DNA from: the human T2T-CHM13v2.0 reference genome, Homo sapiens
Assembly (NCBI RefSeq): GCF_009914755.1
Contig: NC_060932.1
Strand: one strand, 5' to 3'
DNA: 64,000 nucleotides
Shown here: positions 41,788 through 53,382 of the stretch, in pieces
How positions within the stretch are numbered: position 1 is the first letter of the stretch
Layout of the letters: every line of letters starts with the position of its first letter
Position numbers and translations under genes: made by a program
Notes under the pieces: model-generated
What the model was told of the DNA's origin: nothing
The model's database searches: none
What the model saw: the letters and a program-made list of their open reading frames with translations, nothing else

Positions 41788-42785
41788 TGACCGGCTAATT
41801 TTTGTATTTTTAGCAGAGACGGGGTTTCACCATGTTGTCTAGGCTGGTCTTGAACTCCTGACCTCAAGTGATCCACCTGCCTTGGCCTCCCAAAGTGCTG
41901 GGATTACAGGCGTGAACCATCACGCCCAGTCCAGCTAATTTTTTAAATTTTTTGTAGAGTCGGGGTCTCACTATGTTGCCCAGGCTGGTCTCCAACCCAT
42001 GGGCCCAAGTGATCCTCCTAACTTGGCCTCCCAAAGTGCTGAGAGACAAAGCAGGGACCGCACCCTCCCTCTCCACTCCCCCACCTACTTGTTAGAGGCC
42101 TGCCAAGTCCCTCCCAAGCGTGGAAATAAAGGAAAATCTTGAGTTCCCTCAAAGAAAATTCCAAGCACCTAGCTAGCCTTGATAAATAAACGAGCAACGT
42201 GATAAGCAAGAATGTAATAGTAGCCTAAAACAACAGCAAAGGAAGCTAGAGCCAGGAAATGTTTGGTTCCCTATGTAAACTGAAGATAACATCTTAGCGC
42301 GTGTCCCTGAACTGTTTTTCAGAGACTGGACCCCCACCCAATGGATCTGCTGGCACACAGACCTCAGATAAGGAGAAACTGAGGACTGAACTCTGACAGC
42401 TGTCCTTTATTCTAAAGTTCTTCCTGAGGGGCCTAGAGCAAGTCACAGTCACAACATTGAGCTAACATTCTTTTCTTCTGACCCCAAATTTTTCTCCCTT
42501 AAACAATTGCAAATCAGAAAATCTTTGAATTTACCTGTTGCTTGTAACACCCCTACATTCCCCCGAACCCTCCTCGCCTTCAAGATACCCGACTCTTTTA
42601 AGCCAAAACCAATGTGTAAGCTTCATGTACTGACTTATGACTTTGCCTGTAACTTCTGCTTTCCCGAATTTTACCCCTGCCTTTAAGAACCCTTACCTGC
42701 AAGCTACTGGGGAAGTCAGGATTTGAGAGCGAGCTACCTGGTCCTTCCTGCTTGGTGCACTGCAAATAAATGTCTTCCTTTCTGC

Positions 42786-43306
42786 TGTTGCGGGACAATC
42801 AGAGACGGGAAAGACGAACAGAGTTCAGGAAAGCCTTTATTAAGGTGATCACCTGGCTCAGTAGGACTAGCATCCAGGAAAGTCTGAGCCTCGGCAAAGA
42901 AAGCAGCCACCTTTTAAGCAGTCAGTGGCTGAGAGCTACCTGGTGCAGGAAGCGTACTTACAGAAGTGAGAACAAAGGCAGTTGATCAGTCTTTTACATT
43001 TATGTATACTACATGTTCTACATCCTTGGGAAACTCTGTTTCTGTAACATACGCTTATCAACCTTGTAACTTTGCAGCTGCGCTAGGGAGGTGAAGCAGG
43101 AACTCGCTGAGCCTCAAGGAATGTGAAACTGGTGAGTACAGATAAGGCTTGCTGAGCACAGAAGGAAAAACAGGCAGTTAGTATTGTTCTCTAACTTAGA
43201 CTACGTGGGGTGCAGGTTCTAAACTACATTTAGCTTTTGAAGGAAAAAGTAAAAATTTCTTGGTGGTCTTTGATTGTACTTGTAAAATTCATGAATTCCT
43301 TCTTCA
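42786..43306 (-). repeat. Proviral 3' LTR (521 bp)
   Basis: Direct repeat of 52536-53061, TG...CA ends, minus-strand AATAAA at 42836-42841, preceded by polypurine tract AAAGGGGGGGGGA (43307-43319). Confidence 0.95.
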
Positions 43307-45542
43307 TCCCCCCCCCTTTGGTGCTCGCCATAAATGTAGATTGATAAAGAGCACCACAGTCGTTTATCTCTTCCTGTGTAGGCACGTATTCTTCCTGGGG
43401 GACTGGTTGGTATTTTTGTAATGCCATTATTTTGGTGGTAGTTGTTCCGTCCACTATTGCTTTAATAGTAGACTGGATGCTTCTGATGAGGAGAGGTAAA
43501 AGACAAGGCAGTATTAGACATCCTCCTACTATAGCTATAAAAACAATTATCAAGGTTTTAAAGCCTTCCAAGCATGAGAACCATCCTCCAAAAAGTGAGT
43601 TTGGGCTCCACCAGGACCAAGTCTGGACTGGGACATGGGCTAACTTCCTCATTCTAGCAGTAATTTCCATAACAGCTCTTCTGTTATTATCGATTTGTAA
43701 GCAACAGTTGGTCAAATTAAGCTTGCCACAAACTCCTCCTTCTGAGGCTAGGAGGTAGTCTAATGCTAGCCTATTTTGGTATATAGCATCTCTCATTTGA
43801 GTGGCCTGTAAAGCTAACAGATCCAAGGCTTGGGGTGTTTCATTGACTATGACTTCTGTACTGCTTGCAATCTTATAATTCGGTTTAACATGTAAATAGG
43901 GGTGCGGTAGCCCCATGATCCATCTTGAGCCCATGTAGCTGGCCCATAGTATTTGATAATTTTTTCAGGAGGCCACTCATTATCCTTCCAGCTTCCTATC
44001 TCAATGTCCTTCTTTATGTTTGTGTTTATCTTTTCTACAGTACTTATCTGAATAAAGACGTTTCTTCTGGTCCTTTTCCCTTCTTCATTATAGACCAGGT
44101 AACTTAAATCTTCCCCTTGTTTCAGTGGGAGCAAGAAGAAGGACGGCCTTATTGTCTTTAACACACAGGCTCCAGTCCACTTCTCAGGCAATAGTTGATA
44201 GGCTTTTGTCCCACAGGTCCAATATAGTTCTGCCGGTGCTTTCTAAACATTTGGAGCATCTAGTTGATACCATGACTGATTTAGTGCTGGAAACTGAAAG
44301 AGAGGGTTAAAATCTGGTACAGAGGAATTGTCTATAAAGCTTCTCCACTGTGTCTTGTTCTTAGACTATTCAAAATATTGCTGACCTAAACAAGTTTTAT
44401 CTCCTACTTGAGTTTGAAAGTCTTTTCCCCATGGTGCTATGCAGTATCTTCTAATGATAGGGGTTTTTAAGAGCCAGACGCTTGGGTTTGCATTGAACCT
44501 TGTAACAAATTCCAGTATGGTAAAGTTATCTTATGGCATTAGTTTTCTAGCCTCCCAGAGCCATTGGTCACCTATACTGGTACCTCCACATACATAACAT
44601 GAGGTGACTCTGAGATTAGTAGCAATACTTTCAGCTAGCTGAGTGAGTAGGTTCTCAGCTGACATTGGTGGAATCTGAACTTTTGGCTCCCTGGGGTTAA
44701 AATGTTTACTGAAGGATTTGAAAAATCTGAACTGTGACATTGGACTGACTTGAGCTTCAGCTCGCTGAGTCTTTTTAATAATGATTAATTGAATACCTAG
44801 ATTTACTTCTTCTCGAGCAAAGATTGCTCTCCTTGGTGTCCTTTAGTCCAAAAAGGCATGTTTGGCCTTAATATGGTCAGATTTAGGGGGTTGCATGTTT
44901 TAGTTGCACAACCAATCTTTGCTTCTTGGCTGGTTAGCAGAGCTACTCTCCCTGCATAAAGGCATTGGCTGAACTGATTTGTGGTCCATTGAATGTTACC
45001 ATCAGGACATTCTTCTTCTAGTTCTCCTGTTATGATCTTAGCAGGCTTGCTACTGACTCTTTCTTGTCCTAAGTTCTTGCAGACTACTCCTAGATTGTTT
45101 AGGTTGCTGAGGTGTGCAGCCTGACAGGCATCAAAATATATAGAAATAGATCCTTTATGTGAATAAGAGAATACCTGCATTTTGCTTACGAGTTTCCCAG
45201 TTCTAACGTCTTTAGGATTGGCATATGAAGGTAATAAAGGTTTCCCTATTTTGAATTTAAAACCAGAAGTCATAGGGAAGGAGGCCTGGATTATAACATA
45301 CTTGAGGTTGCCTATTTCCGTGTCACAGACGGAGTAGCTGGTTTGATTATAAACACATGTCCCCAAGGGAGTTCCTTTACAAACTTATTACACTCATAAT
45401 AAGTTTGATATAACAGGGTTTTAGTTATACCTTTACCAGACCAAGCTTCTATCATACAATGATGACAATTATCTTGGTTTCCTCCCATGCCTGTTAACAT
45501 TATTGTCATTAGTCTGATCAAGTTTATACTATGCACGGGCAT
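43230..45542 (-). pseudogene. env (ERV3-like), frameshifted
   Basis: CHHC, TKTLLYQTYYEC, YFDACQ, SCYVCGG, furin site [51 protein letters not shown] and membrane anchor, spread over several frames. Confidence 0.95.
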
Positions 45543-45643
45543 CCTCCTGGGCAACAAGTTTGGTAGCAGTTGCAAAGATAGCATGACAGCAAGGCAATCA
45601 GTATAAGCAATAGTGTAACTACATTTGCAAATTCAGTCCACAT
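45524..45643 (-). CDS. Small intact ORF, 39 aa: MWTEFANVVTLLLILIALLSCYLCNCYQTCCPGGCPCIV (putative retroviral accessory membrane peptide)
   Basis: Hand translation: ATG 45643-45641, TAA 45526-45524; hydrophobic helix then 7 Cys in 19 residues. The ORF is certain; expression and function are not shown. Confidence 0.45.
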   Translation of the reverse strand: MWTEFANVVTLLLILIALLSCYLCNCYQTCCPGGCPCIV

Positions 45644-45653
45644 TTACTCATCT

Positions 45654-45858
45654 AGTGCTGGCTTCCTCAGGCTTCGGCCGTGCATAGACTAGTCAGCTTC
45701 TGGTTGTGTGACTAGAGCAGGGCTTGATGTTTCCTTAAGCTTCAGCCTTGCGTAGACTAGTCAGCTTCCAGTTGTGTGACTAGAGCAGAGCTTGATGCTT
45801 CCTTAAGCTACAGCCGTGCGTTGACCGACCAGCCTCTGGTGTGGTCGTAGCAGGGCAG
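45654..45858. repeat. About three copies of a 68-bp tandem repeat at the pol-env junction
   Basis: agactagtcagcttc at 45686/45754, actagagcag at 45711/45779, gcttgatg at 45722/45790. Confidence 0.9.
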
Positions 45859-48800
45859 TTGTCTTTTCCTGCTGCGCCTTGGTTCCTCTGCAAGATCAGT
45901 CGAGTTGGATGATCTGGATCTTGCTGACTCGTCCATTGGTCTTGAACTGAGGCTGCAGGTTTTAGTTGACTGTGGTGGTGTAATACCTGCAACTTTAACA
46001 GCAGTAGGGGTAGACATGATCACAATATGGGGGCCATCCCATAAGGGCCCGAGGGTGGTAGGATTCCAGCATTTAACCCATACAGAGTCCCCACGTTGAA
46101 AAAGATGTATTGCATCTGTAAGGCTAACAGGTATTCTTTCTCTTACCCACCTTTGTACTTCTTGCATTACCTCACCTAATGCCTGCATTTATCTTCTTAG
46201 GGTCGGTTCTCCAATTTCCTTTCAATCTCCTTTTAACTGAGATATAAGTGGGGGTGGTGGGCCATACACTATCTCATAGGGTGGATACCTGGTTAATTTG
46301 TAGGGGTACACCTGACTCGGAGAAGGACCATGGGCAATACCTGGTCCCACCTTAAATGAGTCTCTTGGCAAAACTTCTTCAACAGTTGTTTCAGTCCAGT
46401 TCATCCTTTCAACGTTTCAAGAATTTTGTGGGCGATAGGCTGCATGCAGTTTCCATTTAATTTTTAACGTCTGAGTTAGTTGCTGTACTACTGCTGCCAC
46501 AAAAGCTGGTCCATTGTCTGAGCCTAAGGTTAGAGGCGGTCCAAATCTAGGAATAATGTCTTTTAATAATATCCTGCTTACTTCTCATGCCTTTTCTGTC
46601 CTGGTGGGGAATGATTCGACACACCCTGAAAAGGTGCAGACAAACACTAACGTGTAACGATAGCCCCCAGCCTGAGACAGTTCGGTAAAGTCTACAAATA
46701 GGTTTACACATGGCACTGGCCCTGTTTCCTGAATTCCTGGGGGCCAAGTAGGTCCTTGCCTTGGGTTATTCTGGGCACAAGTAACACACTGCTCGCAGAC
46801 AGCTCGAGTGATGGCAGTTAGGCGTGGCACATAGAAATACTGCCCTACGAGAATCTCTAAAGCTGTCTTCCCCATGTGTGTTCCTTGGTGAAACTGCTTT
46901 ATAAATCAGGGGGCAGTGGCTTCTGGAATGGCAAGCGTCCCATCTGAAAACTTCCACCAGCCTCCTTTCTGATAACTCCCGTTTTCCTGCATGAACCACG
47001 CCTTCTTGTTGGACAAGTAGTTAGGAGCATCTGCAAGGCGAAGCTCTAATAAGGGCATGGCATAAGTCTCTTCTTTATTTGTTGTTTTTCTGTCATTGCA
47101 GCCTTTTTTGCTTCCTTGTCTGCTTTTCTGTTTCCTGTAGCCTTATCACTTCCTCCTGTTTGATGTCCTTTACAGTGGATGACTGCTACTTCCTTTGGAG
47201 TCCATATAGCCTCTAGGAGCTGCTGTATTTTCTTTTTGTTCTTTATTTCTTTTCCTTCAGTAGTTAACAGTCCTCTTTCTTTGTAAATAGCGCCATGAGC
47301 ATGCAAGGTTGCAAAAGCATATCTTGAGTCAGTATAGATATTCACTGACCTTCCCTTCGCTAGAAATATTGCTTTTAGTGAGAGCTATTGGTTCTGCCTT
47401 CTGCGTTGAGGTTCCTACCGGTAGGGGGTGGGCTTCAGCTACTGAGCTTAATGTGACTATGGCACATCTGGCCTTTCTGATACCCTCAGATATGAAGCTG
47501 CTTCCATTAGTAAAATATTCAACATCTGGGTCATTTAAGGGTTGATCCTTTAAGTCTTCCTGGCTTGAAAAGACTTCATCCACTGTTTCTACACAGCAGT
47601 GGTACCCTGGGGCACATAACAGGAGCTTTCCATGTTCTGCACATTCTATTCGTAACAGTGTGGATGGATTTAGGGTATTCACAGTCTCTAAGGTGATATG
47701 GATTCTCACATAGGAGTCCTTGGTATCTTAGCATCCTAGGGTTAGAGAGTCAACGATGTCCTCTCTGTTCCATCAAGGTGACAACTGTGTGGGGCACACG
47801 AATTATCAACTTCTGTCCAAATGTGAGCTTGTTAGCATCTTCGGCTAACAAGGCAGTGGCAGCCAGGGCCTTGAAACAGGGTGGCCATCCCATAGCCACC
47901 AAGTCCAGTTGCTTGGACAAATACGCTACAGGCCAATACCATGACTCTAGTGTTTGCACTAAGACTCCTGTAGCCATACCTTTTCTTTCATGAACATACA
48001 AGTAAAAGGGCTTTGTCATGTCTGGCAGTCCTAGTGCTGGGGCCCAGGTTAAAGCTTTCTTGATTTCCTTGAAAGCCATGTCCTGTTCTTTTCCCCAAAG
48101 GAGGGGCTCTTTTTCTCCCACTTTGGTTGCCTCATATAAAGGCTTTGCTAGGAGCGAGTAGTTAGGAATCCATATGTGGCAAAAAGCAGCTGCCCCTAGG
48201 AATTCCCACACTTGCCACCTTGTGTCTGGCTGAGGAATGCTACAGACAATCTCTTTTCACTCCTGTCCAAGCTCACACTGCCCTTGGGAGACATAAAAGC
48301 CAAGATACCAAACTCCTTGGCCACAGATCTGTGCCTTTTCCTTAGATACTTTATAGCCAGCTTCCCACGGCACTCTAAGGAGACTCTGTTCCTTGGATAC
48401 ATTCCTTTGTTGTGGGTGCAGCTTACAGCAGATCATCTGTATATTGCAGTAAGACACAGCGATTGCTTGGTGGTGTGAAAGCCTTTAAGTCTGAGGCTAG
48501 TGCTTCTTCAAAGATAGTTGGGACCCCGTCTCTACTAAAATTACAAAAAATTAGCCGGGCGTGGTGGCAGGTGCCTGTGATCCCAGCTACTCGGGAGGCT
48601 GAGGCAGGAGAATGGCATGAACCCAGGAGGCAGAGCTTGCAGTGAGCCGAGATGCGCCACTGCACTCCAGCCTGGGCGACAGAGCGAGACTCCGTCTCAA
48701 AACAAAACAAAACAAAACAAAGAAACAAAAAAAAAGATAGTTGGGGAGTTTTTAAATCCTTGGGGAAGTCTAGACCTTGGGAAAGTCTAGACCAGGTATA

Positions 48801-49716
48801 CTGAGATGGGCCTCACTCAAAGGCAAAAATGTCTCGGCTTACAGGGGCTAACAGGATGCAGAAGAATGCATCTTTAATGTCCAAGCATGTGAACCAAGCA
48901 GCACTAGCAGGTATTTGTCCAAGCACAGTGTACGGGTTAGGCACAATAGCATGCAGTATAGCAGCTACCTGGTTGACTGCCCTTAAATCTTGTACAGGCT
49001 GGTAGTCACCAGAAGGTTTTAACACTGGCAATAGGGGAGTATTCCATGGGGAGACACATATGTCTCTTATTCCAAATTCAAGGAGCCATTTTAAGTGCTT
49101 TGCAATCCCTTGGTTAGCCTCTATGGGAATGGAATACTGATGCATCCGCACCGGGCAGGTTCCTCATAGTAGCTCTACTATGACAGGTGCTTGATTTACA
49201 GGGGGATTGTCCTCCGCCCAGACTCCTGGTAACTTAAGGAGTAAGTCTGTGAACAGTTTTTCTTTCTCAGCTATGCTGTACTCCTTTCCACACTCCCGGC
49301 AACTACATTCATAAAGTCTCCACTCCTCTGCATTGGGTACTGTAAGAGTCAGTACCATAGCCTTTTTTTGCCCTAGGCTCAAGGTCATATCTCTGCTTGG
49401 TGTGAAGGAGATTTGAGCCTGCATCTTCTGCAGCAAATCTCTCCTCAACAAGGGCCCCAGGCAGTTCGGCAAGTATAAGAACTTGTGTTGGACTTCTTGG
49501 TCTCCAATCATACATCTCTTTGATTTGAAAAATAATGTTTTTTCTGTGATACCTGTGGCCCCAATAATATTAGCAGTCTTTTGATAACGACCCAATTGTT
49601 TGAGTCACAACCGAGTGTTCAGCACCTGTGTCTACCATAAAGTCTGTTTTTCAGCCCCCTACTACCATTGAGACCATGGGCTCCTCAGGGCCTAATGAGA
49701 TGGAGCCCGGTCTGTC
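45780..49716 (-). pseudogene. pro-pol (protease, RT, RNase H, integrase), multiply disrupted
   Basis: PR DTGA (49621-49632); [34 protein letters not shown]; RNase [21 protein letters not shown]; IN CEQCVTC, VDFTEL, SDNGPAF, WDGPH; stops, frameshifts and an Alu insertion. Confidence 0.96.
48523..48732 (+). mobile_element. 5'-truncated AluY inserted in RT
   Basis: Perfect TSD aaagatagttggg (48510-48522, 48733-48745); splits the FKNSPTIF segment of RT. Confidence 0.9.
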
Positions 49717-51454
49717 TCAGTCTTCAAGGTAGCCGTTGGCGCCTGCCAGCCCAATTAGATCCATGTCAGATCCTACTACACCTTGCCCAGCAGGGGAAGG
49801 AGGCCTTGTCCAGCCATTCTGTCCCTGGTTGTTGCCTTTATCCTTTTCTTTCTCTGGACATTCATCTTTCCAATGCCGTCTTTGCTTGCATCTCGCACAT
49901 TGATCTCTCTCTAGTCTAGGCTGACCTTCCTGACCTGTCTTGGTCTCCTCACCTGGCCTAGCTTGTCCTCTACCACAACTGCATCTATGGCCACATCCAC
50001 GTCCTCTTGCAAATCCAGCCTCTCTTTCAACCAGGGCTGCAGCTAAGAACTCTGCCTTTTCCTTCACTCTATGCTTGGCCTCCTGCTTTACTTCTTCATC
50101 TCGATTTACAAACATGTTGCCACCTGGATAAGCTGGGAAATGTTCATACCTTCAAACCCCTCCAGCTTCTACAACTTTCGCTTAATGTCATTTTGTGCCT
50201 GACTCACAAATGCCGCATTAACCATGCACCGATTCCCTGCCGCTTCTGGGTCAAAAGGTGTGTAGTGCCGGTAAGCCTGTCTAAGCCTCCCATAGAACTC
50301 ACTGGGGCTTTCATCTGGTTTCTGATAGACTTCTGAAACCTTTCCAGTGTTTGTTGCCTTCTTCCCTTCAGTCTTTATTCCTTGTATTAGAGCCTCTTGG
50401 TATCTCAGCAACTTCAGCAGATCTTGGGCCTGATTTGGGTCCCAGCCTGGGTCAGTTTCTATTGGCAAAGCCTGCCGAGCACACTGTCTGACATCTCCTG
50501 TACCTACTGGGGCATTTTTTTCTAGCCTCTGATGAGCCGCTTGTATTACTCTGCGGTGTTCTTCTGTATTGAACAGTGACAGAAGGAGCTGTTTGCAGTC
50601 AGCCCAGGTTGGGTTGTGAGTTAAGAAGATGGACTGCATTAGGTCGATAAGAGCCTGGGGTTTTTCCATATAGGAGAGAGTATGCTCTTCCAGTTGAAAA
50701 TGTCTGTAGTAGAGAAGGGCTGATAAACATAAAGCCATTCTCCTCCTTGAACCTCATTTTGTGCATCTAAATAGATCTGTCGCCTAGTTTCTCTGACGGG
50801 CATCTGCATGTCTCGGCCGCGTCCTGACCGGAGATGGCCAACCTCATCCTGGATTTCCTCCTTTGATTTATCAGGCAGTGGCCCTGGCTCTTCCCTACAT
50901 AGTGAAGTTTGGGGGGTACTCTTCTCTGAGTCTGACCCTCCGGAGACAGCTGCTGGAGTGTCTTCCTAAGTCTTGTCAGAGATAGGTAAATAGGAACATA
51001 AGGGGGTGGAGTCTCTAGCTCTTCTGGTGGGGCCTGTAGGACAGGTTTTTCCTGTTTTCCTTGCTACTGTTTCTCCTGGGACTGGTTTTTTGGGTCTTTT
51101 CTATGGTTCCTTGTTTTGTACAAGCCACTAGAGTCTTAAATAATTTTCAAAACAGGCCTGTAGCCATTTCGGATGGGTTTAAATCATGCTCAGCCAGGAG
51201 TCTGTGTATGGAAACTGATCAGGGTGCCCCGGCTGTTCTCCGATCCCAGTGACCACCTGAAACACTCAGCCAATTATTTCCCAATCTAAGGTTCCCTTGG
51301 CCAGCCACCCTACATTAAAGGAGAGCCAGTCAATTTCACAAAGGGTTCTTAGCCACTACGTTGTTAACTTCATTCCATAATCACCATAAAAGTCTTTCTT
51401 GAAGTTCTTCAATATACATTCTAATTGAGTTGGCTTCGATGCTTTTCCTCCCAT
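49717..51454 (-). pseudogene. gag, disrupted
   Basis: Starts MGGKASKPTQLECILKNF (ATG 51454); late domain PPPY (~50998-51009); HNPTWADCKQLL; major homology region VYQKPDESPSEFYGRL; single zinc knuckle CARCKQRRHWKDEC; TGA at 49719-49717. Confidence 0.95.
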
Positions 51455-51673
51455 TTCCTCCCTCACGGTGCACTTTCACTCTCACTTTCACTCTCGGATT
51501 CACCAGACTGGGTCCTATTACGGGAGGTTCGGACACTGCTTGGCCAGGTCACAGCCAACTACTGCTGTGAAGCTATGAAGCTAATCCTGTCAGCCTGACA
51601 CAGTAACCTAGGTCTGGCTCATCCCACGCTTGCCTCGGAGCACACAGTCTGCGCTAAGAGATCTGCACCTCCC

Positions 51674-52033
<360 letters not shown>

Positions 52034-52513
52034 TCACACACTTTCACTCCTCATTGGATGAAACAAGCCTTTCTCATGTCCCAGGTAGGTTCACACGCAC
52101 CCACCCACACACTCCCAGTTTCTGCTTCCAGATCCAGTGAACCACTTTCACTTGTTAGTGGGGACATGGGGTTCATCCAAATTGGCAGTCCACTCCTGCC
52201 ACCCCCAGCCACTCTGGGTTGAATAAGTGGTTGTTCCCTGGGAGGTGATCAAGCTCCCCTTCTGTCCTTATGGGATGGGCTTTTCCAGGGCCCAACCTTA
52301 CCATGGTTCAGTAGTCTGCCTGCACGCTGCTCCTGTGACTGTCCTGCAACTCCTAAGTCGGTTCTGTTTGCACTGTCAGGGAAAGGCTCCAAGACACAGG
52401 AGAGCTGTTCTCCTTCTGGGCTAAGTCTTACCCAGTGGTGCCAAGGGTCTCAAATCTCCTGCATCCTGGGGCTCTAGCCCACAGGCAAAGGATATAGAAA
52501 TCTGCCATCTCCA

Positions 52514-52531
52514 ATCCTGGACAAGCCCCCA
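52514..52531 (-). promoter_or_regulatory. Primer-binding site for tRNA-Pro
   Basis: TGGGGGCTTGTCCAGGAT, 16/18 match to PBS-Pro TGGGGGCTCGTCCGGGAT, both differences at CpGs; 4 nt inside the 5' LTR edge. Confidence 0.9.
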
Positions 52532-52535
52532 GAAA

Positions 52536-53061
52536 TGTTGTGGGACAATCAGAGACGGGAGAGACCAACCAGAGTTCAGGAAAGCCTTTATTAAGGTGAT
52601 CACCTGGCTCAGTAGGACTAGCGTCCAGGAAAGTCTGAGCCTCGGACAAAGAAAGCAGCCACCTTTTAAGCAGTCAGTGGCTGAGAGCTATGTGATGCAG
52701 GAAGCGTACTTACAGAAGTGAGAACAAAGGCAGTTGATCAGTCTTTTACATTTATGTATACTACATGTTCTATATCCTTGGGAAACTCTTTCTGTAACAT
52801 ATGCTTATCAACCTTGTAACTTTGCAGCTGCGCTAGGGAGGTAAAGCAGGAACTTGCTGAGCCTCAAGGAATGTGAAACTGGTGAGTACAGATAAGGCTT
52901 GCTGAGCACAGAAGGAAAAACAGGCAGTTAGTATTCTTCTCTAACTTAGACTATGACTATGTGGGGTGGGGGGCTACAGTACACTTAGCTTTTGAAGGAA
53001 AAAGTAAAAATGTCTTGCTGGTCTTTGATTATGCTTTTAAAATTCATGAATTCCTTCTTCA
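52536..53061 (-). repeat. Proviral 5' LTR (526 bp)
   Basis: Direct repeat of 42786-43306, adjacent to the PBS. Confidence 0.95.
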
Positions 53062-53382
53062 CTACTGCTGCAAAACCTTGGTGTGGATATCTACTTTTAC
53101 TGCACCAGGCAATTGGACCCCATTCTGGTTCAATAACAGTTTCTTCATTTCAGGTTGACAGTAGCCTTCCACCAGCCCCATCTGGTTGGTGTTCAGTTAT
53201 GGGCCCATATGGGGCTATGGGTCATTCCATTATGGTCACTGAAGCCCCAGCCCCTCAGGTCCAGCAACTCCCTTTGGTACTTCTGGGCCAAGTTTGAGGG
53301 CATGGAAGTGATTCTGCTTCAGCTGTGCCACACTGGGGCTTGGAAATCCCTGCAAGGCTAAGTTCGTATCCAGAGTTACTAC

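Noticed and set aside
45524-45541. C-terminal CPCIV of the small ORF as a CaaX prenylation box
   Set aside because: Cysteines are at -3 and -5, not the canonical -4 position
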